In this document: piece by piece, positions 1-11,046 of the stretch
Numbering within the stretch: the stretch's first letter is position 1
Layout: each line of letters opens with the position of its first letter
Assembly (NCBI GenBank): GCA_000165425.1
Contig: CT868492.1
Coordinates: 186,001 to 213,632 of the forward strand
Length of the DNA stretch: 27,632 nucleotides
DNA from: Paramecium tetraurelia
Taxonomy: Eukaryota
Direction of reading: 5' to 3'
The notes under the pieces: model-generated
What the model saw: only the letters and a program-made list of their open reading frames with translations
Told to the model about the DNA's origin: nothing
Databases searched by the model: none
Position numbers and translations under genes: made by a program

Positions 1-151
1 AATATTACTTCCTTTTACAATGAGATTTCAGAAATAGATTGACTTGTAAAAATCTCTATGACTTCAGTCTATCATTTAATAAAAAGTCATGCGAATGAAT
101 AAGCGAATATTATTATTTTGTTATTAATACTTAATATGCATATGATATAAA

Positions 152-627
152 TCATGCCAATGGAGCAGCATTGTTTTCCACTTTATATTGCTCAACTTAT
201 TTAATGTAATTAACATAATGTCTAACCTTATTCAAGACTGGTAAGGTTTCAGCTGAGATGACGTATCCCAAGTCTTCTTCAATCTAATTAATGGTTAGGT
301 AATTACTTGCATAGACAATTCAATAGAATCCAAACTATCCAATCCGTGTTATTCTAATTCAGAATCTAATGTTAAAGCTAACTGAATATTACGAGGATTA
401 ATTACCTTGTTGGTTGTTCTGTAATAATTCTTGACCAAGGTGAGAACATATCCTTCAATATCTTATGACTTCTTCAATTGGAGATAATTTTTAGTTATCA
501 ATTATCCATCTTTATAGACTTGAATTGGCTTTGCTTATTATTGTTTGCCTTAAGTTGTGGCTGGAGTCTTGTCAGCAGCAAAGTAAAAGATTGGTCTCAT
601 CTACAACAATCTTAATCCTCTGATCAT
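152..627 (-). CDS. Mitochondrial acyl carrier protein (NDUFAB1/ACP1-like)
   Basis: Ciliate-code translation MIRGLRLLQMRPIFYFAADK...DSELEQHGLDSLDSIELSMQIEEDLG...APLA*. It has the GLDSLD phosphopantetheine motif and an Arg-rich presequence-like N-terminus. Introns are 382-405 (24 nt) and 284-306 (23 nt). Confidence 0.93.
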
Positions 628-686
628 ATTATTTAAATAATATATTTGAAATAAAATATTTTTGTTTTCTCTTCTCTTTTATATAC

Positions 687-1121
687 TCATGATCCTCTTT
701 TGCATTTCTACCTCTTCATTAATGGCAACAGCTTTCTCATTCTGGGCATATCAACATCGCTTATATATCTGGTTCGTCGTTTTCTCCTCAAATTGGCTTT
801 GGAACAATTTCGATTAAGATGCCTGGAACCAGGAGACTTGAACTTAAGCCTTCTAGCTCTCCTGGGACCAACAATTTTGACCCTCTTCATCAACCCCTTG
901 TGATTCCCAATCTTATATAACCTGTTTTGACTCCTGATTCTCTTTTTCCAACTTGAAGACGAGGATTTTGTCTTTGATCTCGCCTACCCACTTATACGAG
1001 TTTGTTTGAATAATCTTGCCAACCCAAAGAATTGCATTGGTTTCTAACAAAATTGAATGGGTCTAATAATTGGCACTATGTGCACCATACTCTTTATTGC
1101 CTAAGTGGCTAATCTCAACAT
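687..1121 (-). CDS. Mitochondrial ribosomal protein bL35m-like (144 aa, intronless)
   Basis: MLRLATQAIKS presequence-like start. The C-terminal half KIGNHKGLMKRVKIVG...RHLNRNCSKANLRRKRRTRYISDVDMPRMRKLLP fits the L35 pattern. The frame is open from ATG 1121 to TGA 687. Confidence 0.82.
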
Positions 1122-1155
1122 AAAAAACACTTAATAATATAAAAATAAATAAAAA

Positions 1156-4100
1156 TCAAGATGTAATTTTATATTTCATTGTTAATGTTCCCTTCTAATT
1201 CGACATCATCTAAGATGTTCCCAACTTTGGCACACTCTGAGTCGTTGACAACTTCTACACCTTCTACGCTGACTTTATTGATCTCGTTATAGATGAAGCA
1301 GTGATCGGCCTTGAATTCTTGAATTGTTACTCCTTCTTGGCTTCAATCACTTATTTCCGCTACTCCTCCAGTTGTTGCTCCTAATCCTAATAGGTGGCTA
1401 TTGCTCCCAATTGACCTTTCTCTCGCATAGCCTAAAACCTCTCAATCTTCAATTTCTAAAGATCCCTTCTCAGAATCTAATTCTAATTATCCATAATTGT
1501 GATGATCTTCCTATTTTGAATTAATTCATCCTTCAAAATCTCTACATTCTCTGTCAATTACTGAATCTTTTGTTACAACTCCTCATTGCTTGAATTGGCT
1601 GCCACTATTATTTAAATTTGCTTTTCAAATCTCTCCCTTATGCACATCTCCTTCCACAAATAGAAGGTCCTCAATTTCTTCAAAGATGAAAATAGCGAAT
1701 TGACTTACTCGCTGTCCTCCTTAAATTTATCATAAACTCCTACTCTTTGGTACTCTACATCCAAATCAATATTCAATTTGTTAACCTAACCAAACAATGC
1801 CTCTGATGCTTTGTCCCTGACTCTCTTCAGTCCATCTGTTTTATATTCTTAAATGAAATTTGTCATCTCCATTGAAATCCCTCTCTTATAATCTTAAAAT
1901 CGATTTTACATTTACTGTATAAGCACTTCTTGAGTACGTATCTATTCAGAGAATTCCTCCTTAATCTTGTCTCTCTGTTTCTACTTCTCAATGTCAAAAC
2001 TCTTCATCATCTACTCAATCTATTATTTCAATGCGTCATTCTCAAAGATCAAATCATTCGTCCTCTACGCAACCAAACTCTCTACGATGTGATTGATATT
2101 GGACTCGTAAAACTTAATCTTCTTCATCGCAAATCTCAGTTCGATTGACTTTTAATTGTACATTCGTTGCAATGATTCATTCTCAATAATCACATGACTT
2201 GGGTAATTTGCCTTATTGAAATCCAGCATTCTCCTATTGAAATCATTCAAATGCTTATCTAAATCGCTGTCAGCTATCACATGTGCGTATCCCTTATTCA
2301 ATGTCATTATTTTCAAGGAGTCCCTTTCTAAATTACTGTAGAACACATTCAATTGCTTAGCCACCTAATAAGGCTAATCCATCTTATTTAGTTGATTGTT
2401 TAGCTGTTGATAATACTGTTTGCCTTCCTCCTGGAATATGGCCTGACATCCGATCATCATTGAAATCAACTGAAACACTTGGTTTTCAAAGCTCTCCAAT
2501 CTCAATCTCGGTAGAATTGAAAACTTCTCCTACGATGGCTCATAATTCATTCTAGTTGTCTTTGATCCCTTTTTAAATTCATTAACTTATTTGTTAACTC
2601 CTGGAAGTGCACTCAACAAGAGTCCAGCCTTCAACTATTGTTTATGCATATTTTTATCACACAACTCCACGCAATTCTCAAGCCATTACGTACAGGGATC
2701 ACTAGTATCTGAGGAGAAGGGCAGAATCTATCGTTTCTGTACTGTAAAGAACTCTGACAACAGCAAGTAGCGGAATTATAGCACCAAGAGTTTTCTATAT
2801 GCTCTCTCATATTTAAACAGATCATCCACTTCAAAAATGCATTTGTCTCTCAAAATTGATTCTGATTCTGATATGATCAAATCCTATATTGTTGAGTAAT
2901 ATATCAATTTCGATTGAGGAAACAGCGTGAATAAATTGGCCATTGCTATAGGAAATAGATCAACTACAGACGATAAGAAAGACTCAACGTTATAATTGAT
3001 TTTCTAGGTTCTGAATAAGATCTGCTAAGAGGGAATCATATAAGGCGATAATTGTGTGTAAAAATCTTCAAAACGAAACTCCTGCAATGGCATATGAACA
3101 TTGTTTGGATTGGTTTAATGAGCCTATACAAATTAAGATCCAAAAGCGTACTTCAGTAGCATCATTTTATCGCTTATGATCTTTTTGGTTTAGATAGACG
3201 GATACACTTTAGGTGCTTATTCCATCAACCTTTCAACATGACTCATATTTCTAAAACAACCTGTGATCAATGCGTTTCTTAAGGTAGATATTATTTATGG
3301 ATAGATTTCACTGTTATCTTAGATCTATTTTCTGAATTGATGCACTGAGGATATCATTGTAATAGTAATCAGCAAGTGAAATCGCTTGATCAACTTCTCC
3401 AGGTAGGTCATAATAGTTAGATTCATATTCTAAATATTTCCACTCAACAGTATTTTCGCAATATTGTCCTTATACTTTTAAACCTACTAATACACACTTT
3501 CTAAGTCCCTTCTCAATCTCAATTGATTACGTTTGAGTTCTTCCATTCCCAACATCCCTTAATGCAAATAAATCAGATCCTAAACGTTACAATTGCATGA
3601 TTACACTCCAATTAAGAGCTGGACCAATTGCAATGCCAATTACTAGGACCCAGATATAGGCTCCTGGAATTTAGTATTGTTGGAGAAGGGATTGCCTGAA
3701 CTTTTGAATTTGGGTTGCTTTCTATTAGCAGACAAAGGACTAACATTTTTCTCTAATTTTAATCGAGTAGTTGTTACCCAATCCTCATCTCCCAAATTGT
3801 CGACTTCAGGATTTGAAGGTTTAGAGTCAAAATCCTTGAAGTTAATGATGTTCATTATTGAAGGGATACTGTGGATAATGAAAGGGTTTTAGATTTATTT
3901 CATTTCATTTAGGAACGGCTCTTCTGTAAATAATGGCTTTACGAATGGCAATTGCTAATTCAATTGAATCATTTGGTCTCTTTGTCCCAAGGCTTGCAAT
4001 GTGAAAACTAATGATTGACATTGTTATGTCAGTAATTTGTTGAATTCCTATAAGGCAGTAGACTGATTTTGTTGTATTTTGTTGACAAAGTTTTTAACTA

Positions 4101-6870
4101 ATAATGAACCTCTAAACTGAGTAGAGATCATACTTATGGCTGTCTATTTTAATTTGTCCTGATTGTTTTGGTCAGATGCAGCTGTACTGCTCTACATGAT
4201 GTTGGCTTTCCTCTGAATTGATTAAGCTTGCAATGCTAACTTTTCCTTTAATCCAATAATATCCACAAAGTGATGTGTTTGTTTCCTATTAATTTTGATT
4301 GCATTAAATAGATAGAAGTCCAGAAGCAATAGGGATTTGAGAGGCATGAGCATATCAATCATTTTATAGTTGTCTGCAGCAAAGGTCGTCCACAATTCAA
4401 TCTATTGGCATTCTTTCCCAATTTTTAGGTATTCATCCATTACGATTGTGAAGACATCGAAATTTTTATCATCGATGACTCTATTTGGAATTACTTCTAA
4501 TTTTTATATCATCTTATTAGTTAAACCTCTCTCCTTGATCTACTATCCATAAAGATTGCTGAGGTAATAAATTCTCAAGGATAACTTATAAAATCTCCTC
4601 CTCAACAACAGAAATTCTAAAAGTGAAAAAATATTAAAATTGCCATCTTCTGGTAATTGTTTCAGAATTTAAGATAGATTGTTCTAGGAATCCAAAATGG
4701 AATCCTTATAAAATGATTTGTATGGGAACTCCTTGTCAATCAATCTATCTCTTTTGATGTATTTCAAAGTTTATTCCAAAATGTTGATGTCTTTGATAGA
4801 GAACAATTTCAAAATGAGTTTCAACGATTTCGTATTAGTGAATATGTCACTCAATAGATTCAATCTCCTAGTGGCTTCTGAATAATGAATAAGCACATTT
4901 TAGTCATATCTAAATTATGGCTATTACTGGATCAATCTTGCTAGGATACTGACAGCATTAGCCAATTCTGACACTCTCGCTTTCGATAACAGAGGGAACA
5001 CAATTTGCAATATCTTACATTTTGCATTGTTATAATCAAGTTCAGCTTAAAGCAAATCTTTAACTGCCAAGAATCTATTCAACTATTAGGAATCTGAATG
5101 ACTGTTCTTCTCCCCGATCTTATTAGTAAACTATAATGTAAATGCACTAATATGACTTATCTTATCCAACAATTGAGCTACATCTTTAAACACGATCTCG
5201 TGAATAATTTTGTGTCCATTTCCATCCATCACCTCATAGAGATTGTGATTTCTCTGGATCTTCTCCTCACAAAAATATGCTGATGTATCCTCCTAAGGTA
5301 TCGTATCCTTAGAATCTAAACTTGTTATAAAAGCATTCAAAGTGTTTTATTATTTCTTTTATATTCTCTCCTTTGTCAACTAACTAGACAATTGGTGTAA
5401 ATCTATGAAATATATGTTTAAGTTCTTCTGCATTGTTCTCATTACATTATAGCAATGCATAATTTAAATTAGAGACTCTCTTGATTCCAAATACAGCAAT
5501 TTCTAATATCTGAGGAAAAATTAAAAGTAGATCTCTGGAAAATGAGTAGATTACACCTTCTCTTGAACTAAAGACACATCCTTATTGATTTTATCCTAAA
5601 TTTTATCAGATTCATGATACAACAAGAACTTCATCCAAGAATTGATGGCACTGTCTTCGTATTGATTAAATATCAAATTCATTTCAGTTTCTTCCTTCTC
5701 TTGAATAATTTAAATATTGTCCAACCAATGGGCACTACTCCTGATCCTATATTGATTCTTCCTTATCTTGTCCTCTTTTAATTCATTTAGTATGTTCATG
5801 GTTTGCTGCTAGAAACTTTTTGTTTTTTATTCAGACTAATCCAAATTGTAGGGAAGGAAAAGCAGATATTTATTGCTTTGATCCTAAATCTTTTAAACGA
5901 AGTGCTTATCAATAGCAAATAAAAATAATGCTCCATTATCAACAGTGATATCTTGATCTACTCCCTGCACGTATGCTAATTACTGCAATTCCTGCTATAA
6001 TTAAGGCATTGTCACAGGAATCAAATACATATTGCAATATTCAGTACTAGCTCTCTCCTAAGTAGTAGACTCGAGACTTTCAATGAATATTTGAGTGTCC
6101 AAATCATCCAGCTTGTTGACCATGAGATTTTATCTGAAGTTGTAATACTCTTTTAGATGCTTCTAGGTGATGAATGGCATGCTCTAATATATCTTATTGT
6201 TCATTCTCTCAAAGATGAGATCATCATCCGTCGATATCTGTATTTAGGGAATGTCTTAGTCAAATCTTGAAGGGTCAAAAATTCGTTCATTTGATAGTTT
6301 TTCACTTATTTCTGCATATTCAACTAGCTTTTCATCAATCATTTTTATTTCTTCGTCAACGAGAGTCTTATTCTCATCAGGATGTACCCTCTCTAAATTC
6401 ACTGTTGAGTACATCTCAATGGGAATAACATCTGATTTAACTTTAACTAATGGATCGTAAAATAGAACGTCTTCAGTTGGATTGTGCAGTAGGGCTATTC
6501 TTTGTCTCAATAGGTATTTTCTCCTAATCCACAAATTTGCTTATAAGTTTTCATAAAACTAGAGCAAGGCTTCTCTGTAATCCTCAGTTGTAATATTGAG
6601 ACGAGCCTTTTTCTGCAGGAATGTATCAAAGTTAAATTGATGAATGGGATTCGGTTTGACCCGATAACCAAATTCATGTAATATTTTGGAGATTTCTATT
6701 TCTACTTTGGTGATGTCTTGATTCCAAAATGTGTTGTCGATCTTGAATTTCCCCAACTACTTTGATGATTATTAACATGTTTGATAAATTAATCTAAGTT
6801 CATTTGTTTGTTGGGTAATAGGAAACTGTTATATAGTTTGAATAGCTTAATTTATAAATGGTAAACTCAT
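1156..6870 (-). CDS. Large (~1904 aa) intronless helical/coiled-coil protein, possibly CCDC162-like
   Basis: ATG 6870 to TGA 1156 is 5715 nt. Four ORF-track fragments (6559-6756, 6256-6534, 3643-3855, 2152-2364) share this frame, and the segments I translated had no TGA. The C-terminal region is E/K/Q-rich coiled coil. The family call is from remembered similarity only. Confidence 0.85.
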
Positions 6871-6892
6871 AAATTATAATATTAATTTGCAT

Positions 6893-7009
6893 AATCCTCA
6901 TTTCCAGCATAGGTTCAAAGTTTGCATTAATGAGAGAGACCATACAATCATCAATAATTGCACATCTCCAGAAACGAGCAAATATTCGGAAATAATGTGT
7001 GTAACAATT
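6893..7009 (+). ncRNA. Candidate box H/ACA snoRNA-like element
   Basis: Hairpin 1 stem CTCATT/AATGAG, then ANANNA (AGACCA or ATACAA). Hairpin 2 stem TGCACAT/ATGTGTG with inner CGAG/TTCG, then ACA plus 3 nt, about 15 nt from the putative pocket. The upper stems are weak and no target was identified. Confidence 0.25.
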
Positions 7010-7427
7010 TTAAATAGATAGAGGGGGATCGCAATTAGCAGAGTGAGGGAGCTACACGAATTGAGGGGAATTGATGACTTTGGAAACTGGACTTATGCTT
7101 TATATTTATAGTAATAATAAATATTCATACATAATTATATTGAATACATTATGATGAATCTTTATTTTATTTACATTTTAATTTATCATAAATTTCTGTT
7201 ATATATGAGGAACATGGATACAGTGAGCATTAAACGAGTGGAATGGAGATTGGAACAGGCTGCGAGCGAGATGGAAACGAAGGACTCGAGAAATCGGAAG
7301 TACAATATTTAAATATTTTCAAATATATATATTTAATTTATTAAAGGAGTCATTCAAATCTTGAGGTATTAAAGCCTTTTTTATGAATGAAGAATATTAA
7401 AAATTAATATAAATTACATTTTTCTTA

Positions 7428-8022
7428 ATGTCCGAGCCCAAAAAGAAGTTATGGATTGGCAATCTTGCTTACAAAGTAATGTGGCTATTTAAAATTCACT
7501 AGGTTCAAAAGGATGATTTAGAGGAGCTGTTCAAACAGTATGGTTAAATCACCGAGATCAAAGTGTTGGACAAGGGTCCTCATGTATACGCATTTGTTGA
7601 ATTTGAAAAGGTAGAAAAAGCAATTGACGCTTTTAATAGGTAAAGGAGTGAAAAATATCATTATATTAGTTTACAAGGTCGTGAGTTGAAAGGGTAAGCA
7701 ATGAAGATTGAGTATGCAAGTGGAAGGAAGAGGTAATAGTTAATTTAATTAGTTTTTAGGACTACAAATGATCGTGATAAAGACAGAGGTAGAGGAGGCA
7801 ATGATAAGTACAGAAAGAGAGATAGTAACTATAAGAGACGATCCCGAAGTCGAAGCATTGACAGACATAAAAAGAAATCTAAAAGTTTAACTAACTCACT
7901 TACTTTACTTCTAATTAGGCCACAAAAAGCATTCCTCCAGCTCTGAGTCTTCCCGTAGAGACAAATAGTATAACAGCAAAAAATAGCCCCAGCGTTCCCC
8001 TTCAGATGATCTTTCAAACTGA
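7428..8022 (+). CDS. RRM plus RS/charged-tail RNA-binding protein (SR-like splicing factor), 158 aa
   Basis: RNP2 LWIGNL, RNP1-like HVYAFVEF, RRM end LKGQAMKIEYA, tail KRRSRSRS. Introns are 7476-7502, 7640-7669, 7733-7759 and 7885-7918. Confidence 0.9.
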
Positions 8023-8025
8023 GTA

Positions 8026-8463
8026 TCATTAATAAAAGAAAATATATTTTAATACATCAAATTTATGATATTTATAAAAAATCTTCTCTTAATTAATTAA
8101 TTAATCATCTCTTCTAACTATCTGCATAATTTTGGAAATCCCCTTAAAAAAGGGATATATATCAGAACACCTTGCCCTAGACCTTATCATTTCAAGGTTT
8201 AATCCCCATTATTTAAATTTTTATTAGTTTAACCGATTTCTATAATTAGGTTGCTAATTTATCAGTTAAATCAATTCTCTATACCGCAAATTTTGTAACT
8301 AGAATAAATTACTCATTACTTTAACCAACGAATCCAATTCTTTAATAGTTTTAACTAATTATTTCTTAATCATCAATCTTTTTTTTATTGCATTTCTACC
8401 AGATAATCGTAATAAATCAGTTATAGTTTAGTTTTACTATGATTGCAGTTTGTTAGCCTTCAT
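8026..8463 (-). CDS. Small basic hypothetical protein (3' end uncertain)
   Basis: ATG 8463 starts MKANKLQSQQNQTITDLLRLSGRNAIKKRLMIKKQLVKTIKELDSLVK, with a possible 21-nt intron (gtaatg...ctag). The first in-frame TGA is at 8026, but the true stop may be near 8105 if another intron exists. Confidence 0.45.
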
Positions 8464-8622
8464 GTAGAAGAATAAAGTATGAAGTTAATTTGTATTAATG
8501 AAAGATCCTTTATATCAAATAGTCATTTTATAGTATTTCATTGGTCCAAATTAATTGAAATAAAAATTAAATAAATTTGAATAAATTTAGTTATTTCTTT
8601 ATTTATCAATCAAATATCTAAA

Positions 8623-9207
8623 ATGAGTTTGAGTTGGTTGGTGTCTCCTTAATTGCACAAAACTACTAATGGCTATTTTATTAATCATGATAATATCATG
8701 CTTGGTACTTGAAATAGCAATTATTATTCAGCTGGACCCCAAGATAAGAGAAGATTAATATTTTACTATATTGCAAGTTAGACACCTGAAAAGATTACAA
8801 ACGAAGATCACTCGAAATTCATCAAAGAGAAATACATAGATGTAGATATGAGATCAGGAATATTCTCATTTGGTGGTATTTTCTTGGCATTAGCAACAAT
8901 AAGGGAATAACAATTAATTACTTCAAGAATCACAAGTCGCCCAATCTTAAATGGAATCTTTGTTTTGGGAGTTGGTAATTGAATTAATAATATAATTCCT
9001 TTAGGTTTGGTTTCAGCTGCATTTTCATATAACCTTTCTTAATTATTATTCGAGCCACTTTTTGTCTAAAGAAATAAGGTGATCTCTGACTTGGCTGAGA
9101 AATATAACTTTTCGGTGTTTGATTTCGCTTTAGCAAAGAAGGAAGCTAGATTAAAGTAACTTAGAGCAGAGTTAACAAGTGACAGTAGCAATGCTGCACA
9201 TTTCTGA
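8623..9207 (+). CDS. 175-aa protein with two predicted TM helices, function unknown
   Basis: MSLSWLVSPQLHK...GIFSFGGIFLALATI...ILNGIFVLGVGLVSAAFSY...LAEKYNFSVFDFALAKKEARLKQLRAEL...HF*. Introns 8705-8731 and 8975-9004 each contain an in-frame TGA, so both must be spliced. Confidence 0.88.
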
Positions 9208-9368
9208 ATCGATATTACAATAAAAAAATATTAATATTATAAATATAAGGATTCAAAAATTAATCTCAAGCACTCTATTAATAAAATAAGACCAAACTTA
9301 TATATTCATCCTTAAGTAAAACATTAAATAATAGCAATTTTGGTTAGTTAGAATAATTTCAAAATAGT

Positions 9369-10945
9369 ATGTAAAACAAGTATCAATAATCCAAATCATC
9401 ATTTTTATTGTCAAGAATTAAATTTATCTGCGAATGATATGAAGTCAAATAAGTTGCAATTAAGATAGATATAGAAAGTCTAAAATGATTGATAAAATTA
9501 TTATATTGATTTGACACGAATCTCAAAACTTTCTTCTAGATTCTAAATATAGTAAAAGAAGTTAATCATATACATAGAAAGATGATTTAACTTTCTAAAT
9601 ATTTACTTTAGAACCTAATTAGAATTTGTTTTTAGGAAACAGCAACAAATAGTTATGAAAATTATTAAAATTCGTTGATTCATTTTGGTTAGCAAGTGAA
9701 GGGGATTTAAAGTTGAACAATAGATATTTCAACGTTTATGATAGTGTGATCATTATAAAAGACTTTAAAAGCAGGCTCACTAAAGATTTTAATAATCATA
9801 TACTTTCATTGAGTTTATCAAGCGATTTAATTATACTTTAATGATTTTGAGGAAATTTAGGATTTTTTGGTCTGTTCGAAAGCATTATAACACAACATCT
9901 TTGAAAAAAATAAGAAGAGATAAGAGTAATAGACTAAAAGAATGGTAAAAAGAAATAAAAATAACCTAAGAAATTTAATCTCCTAGGGCCATGTAGTATG
10001 AGACAAAGAAAATACTAAAACAAGATGAAATAGTATTTCTGCTAGAATAATTGTATGCGAATCCTAAAGTATCAGCCCGAAGAAGAATTCTTTTCCTAAA
10101 CATAAATCTGTCAATAAATGAATCTATCTAAAAACTAAAAAGTGAATTTAGTTTAGTTACTATTTAAACTATGTATATTTAATATATATCTTAAACAATT
10201 CTAAAATTTTTTATGAATACAAAAGATAAAAATATGATGAATAATTTAGATTAATCAATATAATTTAGAACACGAATAGATGAAATAAATTTTTTTGATT
10301 TTTTCTTTTGGACAAAAGATAATTATTTATTAGTATTTCTAAGATGTTAAATGGAAATGAAAAATGACAAAATAACACCTTTTACCATAGTTATGGAAAG
10401 TTCTGTTAAATGGATCATTTTTTATTAATTAGATGCTATGTCATTAATTGCAATTAAAAAGAACTATTTAGAAAAATACATTTGGATACTCAAAACCTAG
10501 AATAGTAAATTCCAGATCCAGGGCTGATATAGTAATTATAGAGAGAAAGATATCAGATTGATGCCTAAAGGAATGAGACAATATTAAATAAATTGTATTG
10601 AAATTGGAATTTATTATATTTAAAATATTGTAAGTTAAATGCTAATGTATAAAGCATGCAATATTGATACTCTAGAATAATCAAGATATTCTAATTAATA
10701 TTATTAAAAATCAAAACATCATAGATGAAGAATTGCAAACGATGAAAATTATTAGATGAATTTTTGCATGGAAACTATTTTTATTGTATAAGACATCTTG
10801 TAAATTTTTTAGAATTTGGTAATGTAGAATTTGAAGTCACTATGAGTAAATTAGCTAAATTAAACAAAAGTATGATGAGATCATTTTGGAACCAAACATG
10901 ATGTATCTTAGGAAAAGAGACTTGTTAAATTATAAGGGTGAGTTA
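9369..10945 (+). pseudogene. Probable decayed gene (boundaries approximate)
   Basis: Protein-like segments (LLKFVDSFWLASEGDLKLNNRYFNVYDSVIIIKDF; YFNDFEEIQDFLVCSKAL; KQDEIVFLLEQLYANPK; YREKDIRLMPKGMRQY) lie in shifting frames separated by TGA, with no convincing introns joining them. Confidence 0.5.
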
Positions 10946-11046
10946 ATATGCTATAGAATAATTTGAAATAATATTTATTATTTAATTTCTCTATTAAAAA
11001 GAAAAAGAAATAATTTTATTAAATGATTTAATAAATAAATTATTTA

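Noticed and set aside
6934..7097. U3 snoRNA (GACCATAC, box B-like CAGAGTGAG, box C-like TTGATGA)
   Set aside because: There is no proper box A, no terminal CTGA box D and no convincing stems.
7151..7200. Box C/D snoRNA starting at ATGATGA
   Set aside because: No downstream CTGA, and the sequence is plain AT-rich.
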